Position numbers and translations under genes: made by a program. Under the pieces are notes generated by a model. The model did not search any database. It was not told the DNA's origin and was given only the letters and a program-made list of their open reading frames with translations. 41,839 bases of DNA from an uncultured Mollicutes bacterium (lineage in GTDB: Bacteria; Bacillota_I; Bacilli_A; UBA3375), in contig CAMZNW010000121.1 in NCBI GenBank assembly GCA_947313935.1, positions 1 through 41,839 of the forward strand, written 5' to 3'. Below are positions 19,553 through 30,575 of this stretch, one piece after another; positions within the stretch are counted from its first letter, which is position 1, and every line of letters starts with the position of its first letter.

Positions 19553-20206
19553 ATGGGACAAAAAGTAAATCCTAATGGATTGCGTGTTGGTATTATTCGC
19601 GACTGGGAATCAACTTGGTTTGTAGATAAAGATTATGCAAAATATGTATTACTTGATGATAAGATTCGTAAATATTTCGATAAAAATCATAAAGATGCAT
19701 TCATCTCAAAAGTTAAAATTAAAAGAATTCCAACAAATAACGAAGTAGAAGTAAATATTTTAACTGCTCGTCCAGGTATGGTATTAGGACGAGATAGTGA
19801 AACTTTAAAAGAAATAAAAAAAGCAATTCAAAAAATAGAAGGTAAAGATGTACAAATTTCTATAAATGTATTTGAAATTGAAAATCCTGAATTAGATGCA
19901 CAAATTGTTGCTTATCAAATAGCAGAACAATTATTAAATCGAGCTAATTTTCGAATTGTTCAAAAGAAAGCTATTAGAAATACAATGTCAGCTGGAGCAA
20001 AAGGTATTAAAACAAAAATATCTGGACGTTTAAATGGTGTTGATATGGCACGTTCAGAAGGATATACACAAGGAAATGTACCATTGCATACAATTCGTGC
20101 AGATATAGATTATGCATTAGCCGAAGCTTTAACTACATACGGTCAATTAGGAGTTAAAGTTTGGATTTATAAGGGTGAAATTTTACCTACTAAGGAGAGC
20201 AAATAA
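19553..20206 (+). CDS. rpsC: 30S ribosomal protein S3
   Basis: [21 protein letters not shown]. Confidence 0.98.
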   Translation: MGQKVNPNGLRVGIIRDWESTWFVDKDYAKYVLLDDKIRKYFDKNHKDAFISKVKIKRIPTNNEVEVNILTARPGMVLGRDSETLKEIKKAIQKIEGKDVQISINVFEIENPELDAQIVAYQIAEQLLNRANFRIVQKKAIRNTMSAGAKGIKTKISGRLNGVDMARSEGYTQGNVPLHTIRADIDYALAEALTTYGQLGVKVWIYKGEILPTKESK

Positions 20207-20622
20207 TGCTAATACCTAAAAGAACAAAACATAAAAAAGAATTTAGACCTAAATTAAAAGACCGTGCAAAAAGAGGTACAAATGTAGATTTTGGTGAATA
20301 TGGACTTCAAGCAACTACTAAAGCATATGTAACTAGTAGACAAATTGAAGCGGCACGTATCACGATGACACGTAATATGAAACGTAATGGACAAGTATGG
20401 ATAAAAATCTTCCCATCAAGACCTTATACTAAAAAAGGACTTGGAGTAAGAATGGGTAGTGGTAAAGGTAATGTAGAAGAATGGATTTGTTCAGTAGAAC
20501 CAGGACGAATTATGTTTGAAATTGCTGGAGTTTCTGAGGAAGTTGCTCGAGAATCACTAAGACTTGCATCACATAAATTGCCGTTAAAAACTAAGGTGAT
20601 AAAAAAAGTAGGTGATCAGTAA
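20206..20622 (+). CDS. rplP: 50S ribosomal protein L16
   Basis: [14 protein letters not shown]...; ATAATG-type overlap with rpsC. Confidence 0.98.
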   Translation: MLIPKRTKHKKEFRPKLKDRAKRGTNVDFGEYGLQATTKAYVTSRQIEAARITMTRNMKRNGQVWIKIFPSRPYTKKGLGVRMGSGKGNVEEWICSVEPGRIMFEIAGVSEEVARESLRLASHKLPLKTKVIKKVGDQ

Positions 20623-20807
20623 TGAAAATTAAGGATATAAAAGAATTAACAGTTGAACAAATGGAAATAAAAATTGTTGAATTGAAAAAAGAATTATTGA
20701 CATTACGTTTTCAACAAGCAACAGGAGATTTGGAAAATACTGCTCAAATTAATAAAGTAAAAAAAGATATTGCAAGAATAAAAACTGTTATAAATGAAAA
20801 ACAGTAA
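20622..20807 (+). CDS. rpmC: 50S ribosomal protein L29
   Basis: 61-aa ORF ..ELKKELLTLRFQQATG.LEN... Confidence 0.95.
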   Translation: MKIKDIKELTVEQMEIKIVELKKELLTLRFQQATGDLENTAQINKVKKDIARIKTVINEKQ

Positions 20808-20831
20808 TTAAAATAAGAAGGAGGAATCCTC

Positions 20832-21089
20832 ATGGAAAGAAATAATAGAAAAACATTTATTGGACGAGTTACATCAACAAAAATGAATAAAACAATTTCA
20901 GTAGTAGTTGAAAGTAAAAAAGATCATCCAATTTATAAAAAACAAATTAAAGTAACAAAAAGTTATAAAGCTCATGATGAAAATAATGAAGCACAAGTAG
21001 GAGATTTAGTTGAAATTATGGAAACACGTCCATTATCAGCTACAAAACGTGCACGTTTAGTTCGTATAATTGAAAAAGCAGTAAACTAA
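20832..21089 (+). CDS. rpsQ: 30S ribosomal protein S17
   Basis: ..[22 protein letters not shown]...[11 protein letters not shown]. Confidence 0.97.
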   Translation: MERNNRKTFIGRVTSTKMNKTISVVVESKKDHPIYKKQIKVTKSYKAHDENNEAQVGDLVEIMETRPLSATKRARLVRIIEKAVN

Positions 21090-21113
21090 TAAGATTAAGG
21101 TAGGTGAATGTAA

Positions 21114-21482
21114 ATGATCCAACAAGAAACTAGAATGAAAGTTGCAGATAATACTGGAGCAAAAGAAGTATTAACTATTAAAGTATTAGGTGGTTCTCGT
21201 CGTAAGTATGCTCGCGTAGGAGATGAAGTAGTTGTAACAGTAAAAAAATCAATGCCTGGTGCATCTGCTAAAAAAGGTGATGTTGTTAAAGCTGTTGTTG
21301 TACGTACAGTATCTAAAACACATCGTAAAGATGGAAGTTATATTAGATTTGATGAAAATGCATGTGTATTAGTTAAAGATGACAAAGGGCCTAAAGGAAC
21401 TCGTATATTTGGACCAGTTGCACGAGAATTACGTGATGCTGGATACAACAAAATTGTTTCTCTTGCGCCAGAAGTTTTATAA
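21114..21482 (+). CDS. rplN: 50S ribosomal protein L14
   Basis: [18 protein letters not shown]... Confidence 0.98.
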   Translation: MIQQETRMKVADNTGAKEVLTIKVLGGSRRKYARVGDEVVVTVKKSMPGASAKKGDVVKAVVVRTVSKTHRKDGSYIRFDENACVLVKDDKGPKGTRIFGPVARELRDAGYNKIVSLAPEVL

Positions 21483-21493
21483 ACGGAGGAAAA

Positions 21494-21796
21494 ATGTACT
21501 TAAAAAAAGGTGATACAGTTATTGTAATAACTGGTGTTGATAAAGGTAAAGAAGGTGTAATAAAAAATGTTTTAAAAAATGGTAAAATAGTTGTTGAAAA
21601 TATAAATTTTGCTAAAAAACATGTTAAACCAAATGCAATTAATACTATTGGTGGAATAGTTGAAAAAGAAATGGCAATATCTGCATCAAATGTTATGTTA
21701 ATTGATCCAGAAACTAAAAAACCAACACGTATTAGATTTGAAGTAAAAGAAGGTAAAAAAATTAGAGTTGCCAAAAAAAGCGGACAAGAAATATAA
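21494..21796 (+). CDS. rplX: 50S ribosomal protein L24
   Basis: MYLKKGDTVIVITGVDKGKEG.I (KOW motif). Confidence 0.96.
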   Translation: MYLKKGDTVIVITGVDKGKEGVIKNVLKNGKIVVENINFAKKHVKPNAINTIGGIVEKEMAISASNVMLIDPETKKPTRIRFEVKEGKKIRVAKKSGQEI

Positions 21797-21812
21797 GAAG
21801 GAGGTTTATTAA

Positions 21813-22361
21813 ATGTCATTTACTAAGGAAAAATATAATAATGAAGTTAAAGATGCATTGATGAAGGAATTTAAATATAAATCAGTAATGCAAATACCAA
21901 AACTTGACAAAGTTGTTATTAATATGGGACTTGGAGAAGCAGCTGCAAATTCAAAAATAATTGAAGAAGCAGTAGAAGAATTAAAAATGTTATCTGGTCA
22001 AAAACCTGTAATAACTAAAGCAAAAAAATCAATTGCTGGATTTAAATTAAGAGAAGAACAACCAATTGGAGCGAAAGTTACTTTAAGAGGTGAAAATATG
22101 TTTAACTTTTTAGATAAATTTTTAGGAATCACATTACCAAGAGTTAGAGATTTCCAAGGATTAAATCCAAAAGCTTTTGATGGACGTGGAAATTATACTT
22201 GTGGTGTACAAGAACAAATAATTTTCCCAGAGATAGAATTTGATAAAGTTAAAAAAATAATAGGAATGGATATTACTATTGTAACTACTGCAAATACTAA
22301 TGAAGAAGGTTTGTCTTTATTACGTGGTATTGGTGTTCCATTTGTTAAGAAAGGGGAATAA
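21813..22361 (+). CDS. rplE: 50S ribosomal protein L5
   Basis: ..[19 protein letters not shown]... Confidence 0.97.
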   Translation: MSFTKEKYNNEVKDALMKEFKYKSVMQIPKLDKVVINMGLGEAAANSKIIEEAVEELKMLSGQKPVITKAKKSIAGFKLREEQPIGAKVTLRGENMFNFLDKFLGITLPRVRDFQGLNPKAFDGRGNYTCGVQEQIIFPEIEFDKVKKIIGMDITIVTTANTNEEGLSLLRGIGVPFVKKGE

Positions 22362-22362
22362 T

Positions 22363-22548
22363 ATGGCTAGAAAATCAATGGTATTAAAACAACAAAAACC
22401 TGCAAAATTTTCAAGTCGTGAATATACGAGATGTAATATTTGTGGGCGTCCACATGCTGTACTAAGAAAATTCGGAATATGTCGTATTTGTTTTCGTAAC
22501 TTAGCACATGCAGGTAAATTGCCAGGAGTAAAAAAATCAAGTTGGTAA
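22363..22548 (+). CDS. rpsZ: 30S ribosomal protein S14, zinc-binding type Z (61 aa)
   Basis: [12 protein letters not shown]...[22 protein letters not shown]...W with CxxC...CxxC. The start is trimmed from ORF-track 22300, which lies inside rplE. Confidence 0.96.
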   Translation: MARKSMVLKQQKPAKFSSREYTRCNICGRPHAVLRKFGICRICFRNLAHAGKLPGVKKSSW

Positions 22549-22571
22549 GAAGTTAAATAAAGGAGGATTAT

Positions 22572-22970
22572 ATGGCTATGACAGATCCAATTGCAGATAT
22601 GTTAACTAGAATTCGTAACGCTAATAAAGAGCGTCATGAAACTGTTAAAATACCTGCTTCAACTAAAAAAATTTCAATATTAGAAGTTATTAAAAAAGAA
22701 GGTTTTATTAAAAATTTCACAGTTAAACAATTAAAAGATAACAAAAGTGAAATAATAGTTACATTAAAATATAAAGAAGAACGTCGTGTAATTAGTGGAA
22801 TTAAACGTATTTCAAAACCTGGTTTACGTGTATATGTAGAGAGTGATAAAATTCCTTATGTATATAATGGATTAGGTACTGCTATTTTAACTACATCAAA
22901 AGGTGTAATGGCTGATAGAGATGCTAGAAAACAAAAAATTGGTGGAGAAGTTATTGCCTACATTTGGTAA
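22572..22970 (+). CDS. rpsH: 30S ribosomal protein S8
   Basis: [17 protein letters not shown]... Confidence 0.98.
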   Translation: MAMTDPIADMLTRIRNANKERHETVKIPASTKKISILEVIKKEGFIKNFTVKQLKDNKSEIIVTLKYKEERRVISGIKRISKPGLRVYVESDKIPYVYNGLGTAILTTSKGVMADRDARKQKIGGEVIAYIW

Positions 22971-22985
22971 GAACAAGGAGATAAT

Positions 22986-23528
22986 ATGTCTAGAATTGGA
23001 AATCAAGTATTAACTATTCCTACTGGTGTAGAAGTTTCTGTAGCTGAAGGAAATATTGTTACTGTAAAAGGACCAAAAGGTTCATTAACACAAACATATA
23101 GTTCTGAACTTACTATAACCGTAGAAAATGGAGAAATAAAAGTAACAAGAGAAAATGATAAAAAACAAATAAAATCATTACATGGAACAACAACAGCATT
23201 AATAAAAAATATGATTGTTGGTGTAAGTTCTGGATTTGAAAAAAAATTAGAATTAAATGGTGTAGGGTATAAAGCTTTAATTAAAGGTAAAGAATTAAAC
23301 TTATCATTAGGTTTTTCTCATCCTGTTATTATGGAAATACCAGAAGGATTATCATTAGAAGTACCTACAAATACTGAAATTACTATTTCAGGAATAGATA
23401 AACAATTAGTTGGAGAATTTGCTGCTAATATTAGGAAAAAACGTCCACCAGAACCATATAAAGGTAAAGGTGTAAAATATAAAGAAGAAATTATCAGACG
23501 TAAAGAAGGAAAAAGAGCTGGTAAGTAA
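22986..23528 (+). CDS. rplF: 50S ribosomal protein L6
   Basis: MSRIGNQVLTIPTGVEV... Confidence 0.97.
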   Translation: MSRIGNQVLTIPTGVEVSVAEGNIVTVKGPKGSLTQTYSSELTITVENGEIKVTRENDKKQIKSLHGTTTALIKNMIVGVSSGFEKKLELNGVGYKALIKGKELNLSLGFSHPVIMEIPEGLSLEVPTNTEITISGIDKQLVGEFAANIRKKRPPEPYKGKGVKYKEEIIRRKEGKRAGK

Positions 23529-23545
23529 CATTAGAAAGGTGACTT

Positions 23546-23899
23546 ATGGTTAAGAAAACTAATCGAAACAATGCAAGATTACGTCGTCATTCTCGTATTA
23601 GATCAAAAATATCTGGTACTAAAACAATGCCTCGTTTTAATGTTTTTCGTTCAAATAAAGCAATGTATGTACAATTAATAGATGACACAACAGGAACAAC
23701 TTTAATAAGTTCTTCATCAAAAGAATTAAAAATAAATAATAATAACATTGAAACTTGTAAAAAAATTGGTGAAGATGTTGCACAAAAAGCACAAAAAGCA
23801 GGAATTACAGAAGTAGTATTTGATCGTGGTGGATATATTTATCATGGTAAAGTAAAAGCAGTAGCAGAAGCTGCTCGTGAAGCAGGATTAAAATTTTAG
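23546..23899 (+). CDS. rplR: 50S ribosomal protein L18
   Basis: ..[15 protein letters not shown]...[17 protein letters not shown]. Confidence 0.97.
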   Translation: MVKKTNRNNARLRRHSRIRSKISGTKTMPRFNVFRSNKAMYVQLIDDTTGTTLISSSSKELKINNNNIETCKKIGEDVAQKAQKAGITEVVFDRGGYIYHGKVKAVAEAAREAGLKF

Positions 23900-23907
23900 G
23901 AGGAACA

Positions 23908-24462
23908 ATGGGTGAAAATCAAGTGAAATCAACTAAGCCTGAAAATAAAAAGCGTAAAAACACGAATAGAAAACCTTTTAAAAAACAAGATAATTTTGAT
24001 GAAGTCGTAGTAACGATTAATCGAGTTGTTAAAGTAGTAAAAGGTGGACGTCGTTTTCGTTTTGCAGCTGTAGCTGTAGTTGGAGATCGTAAAGGTAATG
24101 TTGGATATGGAACTGGTAAAGCAAATGAAGTACCAGATGCTATTAAAAAAGCAATGAAAAATGCACGTGATAATATTATAAAAGTACATATGGTAGGAGC
24201 AACTTTACCGCAAGATATAATTGGTAAACATGATTCTGGGAAAGTATTATTAAAACCTGCAAAACCTGGTACAGGAATAATTGCTGGTGGTCCAGTACGT
24301 TCAGTATTAGAATTAGCTGGTTATTCAGATGTAGTATCAAAATCATTAGGTTCTAATACTCCAATAAATATGATTCGTGCTACTTTTGATGGATTAATGC
24401 GTTTAGAAACAAAAGAAACAACTGCAAAATTAAGAGATATAAATATTAATGATTTAGCATAA
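23908..24462 (+). CDS. rpsE: 30S ribosomal protein S5 (with a basic N-terminal extension)
   Basis: ..[39 protein letters not shown]. Confidence 0.97.
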   Translation: MGENQVKSTKPENKKRKNTNRKPFKKQDNFDEVVVTINRVVKVVKGGRRFRFAAVAVVGDRKGNVGYGTGKANEVPDAIKKAMKNARDNIIKVHMVGATLPQDIIGKHDSGKVLLKPAKPGTGIIAGGPVRSVLELAGYSDVVSKSLGSNTPINMIRATFDGLMRLETKETTAKLRDININDLA

Positions 24463-24476
24463 GAAAGGAGACGTTC

Positions 24477-24656
24477 ATGTCAGACTTAAAAATTACTTTA
24501 AGAAGAGGATTAGCTGGAAAAAGAAAAGATCAAATTGAAGTGGCGGCTTCTTTAGGGTTATGTAAAGCTAATCAAACAAAAATACACCCTAATAATGCAG
24601 CAACACAAGGAAAAATAAAAAAAATTTCACACTTAGTAACTGTTGAGGAAGTGTAA
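24477..24656 (+). CDS. rpmD: 50S ribosomal protein L30
   Basis: Not in the ORF track (59 aa). Hand translation gives [70 protein letters not shown]. Canonical position between rpsE and rplO. Confidence 0.92.
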   Translation: MSDLKITLRRGLAGKRKDQIEVAASLGLCKANQTKIHPNNAATQGKIKKISHLVTVEEV

Positions 24657-24669
24657 GGAAGGGGGCATT

Positions 24670-25113
24670 TTGAAATTACATGAGTTAAAATATACAGAAG
24701 GATCTAAACATGTTCGTAAACGTATTGGGCGTGGTACTGGTTCTGGTACTGGTGAAACTGCAGGACGTGGTATGCATGGACAAAATTCGCGTTCAGGTGG
24801 AGGAGTTCGATTAGGATTTGAAGGTGGACAAAATCCATTATATCGTCGTTTACCAAAACGTGGTTTTTCAAATCATCCATTTAAAACTACATATGCAACT
24901 ATTAATGTATCTCAATTAAATAAGTTTCAAAATGGAACAATTGTAACTCCAGAATTACTTATTGAAAGTGGTTTAATATCAAAAGAATTAGATGGAATTA
25001 AAATTTTAGGAAATGGAAAACTTGACAAAAAATTAACAGTTAAAGGTACAAAATTTTCTGCTGGAGCAATAAAATTAATTGAAGCGGCAGGCGGAGCTTG
25101 CGAGGTTAAATAA
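24670..25113 (+). CDS. rplO: 50S ribosomal protein L15
   Basis: TTG start giving [34 protein letters not shown], with AAGGAAGGGGG RBS. The ORF-track start at 24643 overlaps rpmD. Confidence 0.95.
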   Translation: MKLHELKYTEGSKHVRKRIGRGTGSGTGETAGRGMHGQNSRSGGGVRLGFEGGQNPLYRRLPKRGFSNHPFKTTYATINVSQLNKFQNGTIVTPELLIESGLISKELDGIKILGNGKLDKKLTVKGTKFSAGAIKLIEAAGGACEVK

Positions 25114-26504
25114 TGAGTAATCTTAAAAAAATATTGACTAATAAAGTCACAAGAAATGCTATAGTTTATACATTATTTATATTATTCATATATAGAATAG
25201 GTTCTTTTGTAATTGCTCCAGGAATTAATACAATGGGATTATTTAAATTACAAGATATGTTAACAGCATCAGATATATCAACATTATTCAATTTTTTTGG
25301 TGGAGGAAGTATTGGGAGAATGACAGTATTTGCACTAGGTATTTCTCCATATATAACTGCATCAATAATAATTCAAATTTTAGAAAATGAATTAGTACCT
25401 TCAATGAATCAATGGAAACATCAAGGTGTTGAAGGACAAAATAAACGTTCAAATTATACAAAATATTTAGCAATACTTTTAGCATTTGTTCAAGCATTAG
25501 GTATAACTTTTGGTTTAGCATTAACAATATCTGATATAACTTTAATAGACGATAATCAACATGTATTACACGGAATATTAAAAGTTTTAAATTATATTCC
25601 ATTAAATTACTTTTTAGTAGCTTTGATTATGACTGCAGGTACAGCAATATTAATGTGGCTTGCTGATCGCATAACTGAAAAAGGTGTTGGAAATGGTATG
25701 TCAGTAATGATAATGGCCGGTATTCTATCACGCATGCCCACAGAAATGAATACAGCATATGCTTCAGTAAAAGAAGCAAGTGGGCGTGAAGCTTATATTG
25801 AGTTAATTCTTTGGATTATTGTCGGAATAATTACTCTAATGGTTATAATCATGGTTATTTATTATAACTTAGCTTATCGAAAAATATCTATTAATTATGT
25901 ACGTAGTGGAAATAAAGAAGCTCGTAAAAATAGTTATTTACCACTTAAATTAAATCCAGCTGGTGTAATACCTGTTATTTTTGCAGCTCCATTTTTATTA
26001 ATATTAAATTTAATATTAACTTGGGTATATGGAAATGTATCTATATTTACAAATGATGGAACTGTTGGGATGATAGAATCAATTTTACGTTCTTTTACTA
26101 GTTCAACAGGAAGTTATGCAGGAACTTATTATTGGGGAATTTATATTATAGTATATGCAAGTTTAATAATATTATTTAGTGTATTTTATTCTTATATACA
26201 AATGAATCCAGAAAATATGACTGAAAATTTAGAAAAACAATCAGCTTATGTTATCGGGGTTCGTCCAGGAGAAGATACTTTAGATTATTTTACTAAAACT
26301 ATTATTTACACTTCAATGTGGGGTGGAAGTATTTTAGCTTTTATTGCAATATTACCAATAATTATTTCTAATGTAACAGATATATCATCATTACAATTAC
26401 TAGGGACAGGATTAATAATTACAGTAAGTGTTATTGTACAAGTATATCAAGCAATGATAAACAAAATTGAAAGTAAAAAATATCGATATTTAATTGGTAA
26501 GTAA
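25113..26504 (+). CDS. secY: Preprotein translocase subunit SecY
   Basis: 463-aa polytopic membrane protein, ..FALGISPYITASIIIQIL.., in the canonical position after rplO. Confidence 0.97.
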   Translation: MSNLKKILTNKVTRNAIVYTLFILFIYRIGSFVIAPGINTMGLFKLQDMLTASDISTLFNFFGGGSIGRMTVFALGISPYITASIIIQILENELVPSMNQWKHQGVEGQNKRSNYTKYLAILLAFVQALGITFGLALTISDITLIDDNQHVLHGILKVLNYIPLNYFLVALIMTAGTAILMWLADRITEKGVGNGMSVMIMAGILSRMPTEMNTAYASVKEASGREAYIELILWIIVGIITLMVIIMVIYYNLAYRKISINYVRSGNKEARKNSYLPLKLNPAGVIPVIFAAPFLLILNLILTWVYGNVSIFTNDGTVGMIESILRSFTSSTGSYAGTYYWGIYIIVYASLIILFSVFYSYIQMNPENMTENLEKQSAYVIGVRPGEDTLDYFTKTIIYTSMWGGSILAFIAILPIIISNVTDISSLQLLGTGLIITVSVIVQVYQAMINKIESKKYRYLIGK

Positions 26505-26512
26505 GGAATAAC

Positions 26513-27166
26513 ATGAACTTAATAATTACTGGTTTACCAGGTGTTGGCAAAGGAACACAAGCTAATAAAATAGTAGAAAAATATGATGTGAAACATTTAT
26601 CAACAGGGGATTTATTTCGAAATGAAATAAAAAAAAATTCAGATAAAGGTCAAGAGTTAAAAAAGTATATGGATGCTGGAAATTTAGTACCTGATAAATT
26701 AACAATTGAAATTTTTAAAAATGAATTAGTAAAACCAATATATAAAAATGGATTTTTATTAGATGGATTTCCAAGAACGTTAGAACAATCAAGAGCATTC
26801 GATGAAATGTTAGTAGATGCTAATATTAAATTGGATGGAGTTATAGCTTTAGATTTAGCAGAAGATATAATTATAGAAAGAATAACTAATCGTTTAGTTT
26901 GTCCAAAGTGTGGAAAAACATATCATAAATTATATATAAAACCTAAAAAAACAGATTATTGTGATGTTTGTGATATGAAATTAATTCAACGTTCTGATGA
27001 TAAATTAGAAGCTATTGAAAATAGATTGAAGATTGCAAATAGTCAAACAAAACCTGTAATAGATCATTATAATGAAAAAAATTTAGTTAACTTTATAACT
27101 ATGAAAAAAACAGATGATACAAATGTTGTATTTTCAATGATAGAAAATGTCTTAGATCGATTATGA
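26513..27166 (+). CDS. adk: Adenylate kinase (zinc-lid type)
   Basis: GLPGVGKGTQA P-loop and the CPKCGKTYH...CDVCD lid. The TGA stop overlaps the map start (ATGA). Confidence 0.97.
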   Translation: MNLIITGLPGVGKGTQANKIVEKYDVKHLSTGDLFRNEIKKNSDKGQELKKYMDAGNLVPDKLTIEIFKNELVKPIYKNGFLLDGFPRTLEQSRAFDEMLVDANIKLDGVIALDLAEDIIIERITNRLVCPKCGKTYHKLYIKPKKTDYCDVCDMKLIQRSDDKLEAIENRLKIANSQTKPVIDHYNEKNLVNFITMKKTDDTNVVFSMIENVLDRL

Positions 27167-27909
27167 TAACAATTAAAAGTCAACGAGAAATAGAAATAAT
27201 GCGTAAAGCTGGTATTATAGTTGGTAAATGTCATAATGAAATAGCAAAAATAATTAAACCAGGAATATCTTCAAATGAAATTAATAATTTAGTAGTTGAA
27301 ATTATTAAAAATGCAGGTGCAACACCTTCCTTTTTAGGTTATGGTGGTTTCCCAGCAGCTATATGTGCATCTAAAAATGAGCAAATAGTACATGGTTTTC
27401 CAAATGATATACCATTAAAAGAAGGAGATATTATTAGTATTGATATTGGAGCGACTTATAATGGATATGTTGCAGATAGTGCTTGGACTTATCCAGTTGG
27501 TAAAGTTTCAATAGAAGTAGAAAATTTACTGTTGAATACTAAACAAGCATTATTTGAAGGTCTTAATGTTATAAAAGAAGGTATACATCTATCAGATATA
27601 TCACATGCAATTGAGCTTCATGCAAAGAAATCAAATCTAAGTATTGTGCAAGAATTTGCTGGTCATGGTGTTGGAAGTAAATTGCATGAAGCTCCTGAAA
27701 TTTTAAATTATGGGTTACCTAATCGTGGTCCTATTTTAAAAGCTGGAATGACTCTTGCAATTGAACCAATGTTAAATTTAGGAACTCATCGAATTAAAAT
27801 AAGTAAAAATGGATGGGAAACTTCAACAGCTGATAAAAAGTATTCTGCACATTATGAACACTCAATTTTAGTAACTAAATTAGGTTATGAAATTTTAACT
27901 AAACAATAA
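27163..27909 (+). CDS. map: Methionine aminopeptidase type I
   Basis: ..MRKAG......FLGYGGFP...C.S.NE...HG.P..., GHGVG, and the AHYEHS metal ligands. Confidence 0.96.
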   Translation: MITIKSQREIEIMRKAGIIVGKCHNEIAKIIKPGISSNEINNLVVEIIKNAGATPSFLGYGGFPAAICASKNEQIVHGFPNDIPLKEGDIISIDIGATYNGYVADSAWTYPVGKVSIEVENLLLNTKQALFEGLNVIKEGIHLSDISHAIELHAKKSNLSIVQEFAGHGVGSKLHEAPEILNYGLPNRGPILKAGMTLAIEPMLNLGTHRIKISKNGWETSTADKKYSAHYEHSILVTKLGYEILTKQ

Positions 27910-27919
27910 GGGGTATTTG

Positions 27920-28135
27920 ATGAAACAAGAAGCAATTGAAATTGAAGCAGTTGTATTAGAAGTATTACCAAATACTATTTTTAAAGTTAAACTTGAAAAC
28001 GGTATGGAAATATTAGCACATATTTCTGGAAAAATAAGAAAAAATTATATTCGAATAATTCCAGGAGATAAAGTATTAGTAGAGTTATCACCATATGATT
28101 TATCAAAAGGGCGAATAACATATAGATTTAAATAG
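27920..28135 (+). CDS. infA: Translation initiation factor IF-1
   Basis: ..[68 protein letters not shown] 27920 is preferred over TTG 27917 on RBS spacing. Confidence 0.96.
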   Translation: MKQEAIEIEAVVLEVLPNTIFKVKLENGMEILAHISGKIRKNYIRIIPGDKVLVELSPYDLSKGRITYRFK

Positions 28136-28143
28136 GAGGCACT

Positions 28144-28257
28144 ATGAAAGTAAGAGCATCTGTAAAACCAATTTGTGAAAAATGTAAAGTTATTAAAAGA
28201 AAAGGTGTTGTTCGTGTAATTTGTGACAACCCAAAGCATAAACAAAGACAAGGATAA
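28144..28257 (+). CDS. rpmJ: 50S ribosomal protein L36
   Basis: Not in the ORF track (37 aa). Hand translation gives [37 protein letters not shown]. Confidence 0.95.
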   Translation: MKVRASVKPICEKCKVIKRKGVVRVICDNPKHKQRQG

Positions 28258-28268
28258 TAGGAGGCTAA

Positions 28269-28634
28269 ATGGCACGTATTTCAGGAGTGGATATTCCACG
28301 TGAAAAAAGAATTATTATTGCATTAACATATATATATGGAATTGGAAAAACTAAATCTTCAGAAATTTTAAAAGCAGCAAATATATCTGAAGATATAAGA
28401 GTAAAAGATTTAACAGAAGACCAATTAAACTTAATTCGTTCTGAAGTTGAAAAAGAAAAAGTCGAAGGTGATTTACGTAGAGAAGTTAGTTTAAATATAA
28501 AACGATTAATGGAAATTGGTTCATATCGTGGAATTAGACATCGTCGTGGATTACCATCTCGTGGACAACATACAAAAAATAATGCTCGTACACGTAAAGG
28601 ACCTAAAAAAACTGTAGCAAATAAGAAAAAATAA
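28269..28634 (+). CDS. rpsM: 30S ribosomal protein S13
   Basis: [24 protein letters not shown]... Confidence 0.98.
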   Translation: MARISGVDIPREKRIIIALTYIYGIGKTKSSEILKAANISEDIRVKDLTEDQLNLIRSEVEKEKVEGDLRREVSLNIKRLMEIGSYRGIRHRRGLPSRGQHTKNNARTRKGPKKTVANKKK

Positions 28635-28656
28635 TTTATAATTAAAGGGGGTTTAT

Positions 28657-29037
28657 ATGGCTATTAAGAAATCAAAAAGAAAAGTAAAAAAACATGTTGA
28701 TTTTGGTGTTGCACACATCCATTCAACTTGGAACAATACAATAATTAATATAACAGATGAAAATGGTAATGCATTAGCTTGGGCAAGTGCTGGTGTTGTA
28801 GGTTATAAAGGTAGTAAAAAATCAACTCCATTTGCAGCTCAACAAGCAGCAGTAAAAGTAGCAGAAACAGTTCAAGCTATGGGAATGACTAAAGTTCGTG
28901 TTGAAACTAAAGGTTCAGGTCCAGGTCGCGATACTGCAATTAAAACAATTAAAGGTTTAGGAATTGAAGTAGTTTCTATTTTAAATAAAACTCCTAATCC
29001 TCATAATGGTTGTAGAGCACCTAAAAATAGACGATAA
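28657..29037 (+). CDS. rpsK: 30S ribosomal protein S11
   Basis: ..GVAHIHSTWNNTIINITDENGNALAWASAG..G.KGS.KSTPFAAQ. Confidence 0.98.
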   Translation: MAIKKSKRKVKKHVDFGVAHIHSTWNNTIINITDENGNALAWASAGVVGYKGSKKSTPFAAQQAAVKVAETVQAMGMTKVRVETKGSGPGRDTAIKTIKGLGIEVVSILNKTPNPHNGCRAPKNRR

Positions 29038-29051
29038 AAGGAGTTTATTAT

Positions 29052-30026
29052 ATGGCATTAGATTATAATTTTAATATGGTAGCACCTAAAGTCAAAGTAA
29101 AAAATGATCCAGATAATCAGTTTCATAAAACTATTATTGTTGAACCATTAGAAAATGGTTTTGGTGTTACTATCGGTAATGCACTTAGAAGAGTAGCACT
29201 TGCTTCTTTACCAGGTGGAGCAGTAAAACAAATAAGTATTGAAGGTATAGCACATGAATTTGATGTGTTACCTAGTATAGTTGAAGATATAACATCTGTT
29301 ATATTAGCAATTAAAAATTTGAATCTAAAAATTGAATTACAAGATCAAGATTATGTTTTAAAATTAAGTGCAAATAAGACCGGAATATTAACAGCTAATG
29401 ATATTGAATGTCCAGCTGGAGTTGAAGTAATTAATAAAGATTTAAAAATTGTTACATTAGCAGAAGATGTACCTTTTTATATGGAGTTAGTAGCTTCAAA
29501 AGGATTAGGATATATTTTGGCTGATACTCATCGAGGTAAAGAAAAACAAGCTAATATAATTTTTATCGATTCAATTTATACTCCAATTAAAAATTTTAGT
29601 TATTTTGTAGAAGATACTCGTGTAGGAAAAATAACAAATTTTGATAAGTTAATTATGGAAGTTACAACAAATGGAACAATTACACCAGAAGATTCAATTT
29701 CATATTGTTCGCATATAATTAAAAATCATTTACATATCCTAGAAAATATAGAGAATGCAATTGAAGAATCTGAAGTTTTTGAAATAAAACAAGAAGAATC
29801 AACAATCAATAAAAATAGTTTAGAAGATCAAGTAGCTACATCAATTGAAATATTAGAAATATCTAATAGAGCATATAATGGATTAAAAAGAGCAAATATT
29901 AATACAATTGAAGAATTATGTTTAAAAAGTAAGAAACAAATTGCTACACTTGATAATATTGGAGCAAAAACAATTGATGAAATAGAAAAGCAATTAGAAG
30001 AATTAGGTTATAGTTTAAAAATATAA
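29052..30026 (+). CDS. rpoA: DNA-directed RNA polymerase alpha subunit
   Basis: ..EPLE.GFG.TIGNALRR.ALASLPGGAV... plus a C-terminal HhH domain (LEISNRAYNGLKRANINTIEEL). Confidence 0.97.
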   Translation: MALDYNFNMVAPKVKVKNDPDNQFHKTIIVEPLENGFGVTIGNALRRVALASLPGGAVKQISIEGIAHEFDVLPSIVEDITSVILAIKNLNLKIELQDQDYVLKLSANKTGILTANDIECPAGVEVINKDLKIVTLAEDVPFYMELVASKGLGYILADTHRGKEKQANIIFIDSIYTPIKNFSYFVEDTRVGKITNFDKLIMEVTTNGTITPEDSISYCSHIIKNHLHILENIENAIEESEVFEIKQEESTINKNSLEDQVATSIEILEISNRAYNGLKRANINTIEELCLKSKKQIATLDNIGAKTIDEIEKQLEELGYSLKI

Positions 30027-30035
30027 GGAGGATGT

Positions 30036-30440
30036 ATGTATAAATCAAAAGGTTATAGAAAACTTGGACGTACTTCTGCACATAGAAAAGCGTTATTAAG
30101 AAATCAAAATACTGATTTATTAATTAATGGTTCAATTATTACAACAACTGCAAAAGCTAAAGAATTGAGAAAAATAACAGAAAAAACAATTACATTAGCA
30201 AAAAAAGGTGATTTAACTGCTTATCGTAAAGCACAAACAATGATGCAAAAAACACTTGTTGGAACAAAAACAATTGAAGGTAAAAATGGAAGCCGTGAAG
30301 TTTCTCGAGATGCAGTTCAATTTGTTTTTGACGAAATAGGACCAAAATATATAGATCGTAATGGTGGATATACACGTATTACTAAATTAGGTAATCGTTC
30401 TGGTGATAATGCAGAATTAGCTAAAATAGAATTAGTTTAA
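30036..30440 (+). CDS. rplQ: 50S ribosomal protein L17
   Basis: ..[16 protein letters not shown]......[21 protein letters not shown]...R. Confidence 0.96.
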   Translation: MYKSKGYRKLGRTSAHRKALLRNQNTDLLINGSIITTTAKAKELRKITEKTITLAKKGDLTAYRKAQTMMQKTLVGTKTIEGKNGSREVSRDAVQFVFDEIGPKYIDRNGGYTRITKLGNRSGDNAELAKIELV

Positions 30441-30459
30441 TTATAATATAAGTTATTTT

Positions 30460-30490
30460 AAAAATCATAACAAATAGTTATGATTTTTTT
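30460..30490 (+). terminator. Rho-independent terminator ending the ribosomal supercluster
   Basis: ATCATAAC (30464-30471), loop AAATA, GTTATGAT (30477-30484), with an A-run before and T7 after. Confidence 0.75.
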
Positions 30491-30546
30491 ATATAAAATA
30501 AATAGAAAAAAGATAAAACTTTTAAACTTCAAAAAGATAAAAAAAA

Positions 30547-30555
30547 TGTTATAAT
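30547..30555 (+). promoter_or_regulatory. Extended -10 element TGTTATAAT upstream of pnp
   Basis: tgttataat lies 21 nt before the pnp ATG. No good -35 is visible. Confidence 0.45.
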
Positions 30556-30575
30556 ATAACTATGTTAGGAGTAAA

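Noticed and set aside
21391-21819. 142-aa minus-strand ORF antisense to rplN, rplX and rplE
   Set aside because: It is a shadow ORF opposite highly conserved ribosomal protein genes, with low-complexity F/I/L/S/T-rich composition typical of antisense frames in AT-rich DNA. The same reasoning rejects the other antisense track ORFs: 1051-1233, 7076-7375, 9260-9565, 9633-9896, 13247-13441, 17143-17358, 17519-17719, 17839-18078, 18313-18645, 18761-18979, 23929-24189, 25288-25602, 28045-28299, 30190-30375, 31600-31839, 32375-32680, 33545-33739, 34758-34976, 36163-36357, 40548-40763 and 40600-40908.
28286-28300. Additional CACGTG-containing sites (28291, 37940, 10428, 31607, 37376, 3775) as further copies of the dac-flanking palindrome
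   Set aside because: They share only the CACGTG or TTCACGTGAA core, which arises from xCA-CGT-GAx (Ser/Pro/Thr-Arg-Glu/Gly) codon strings inside conserved genes. None reproduces the 14-mer.
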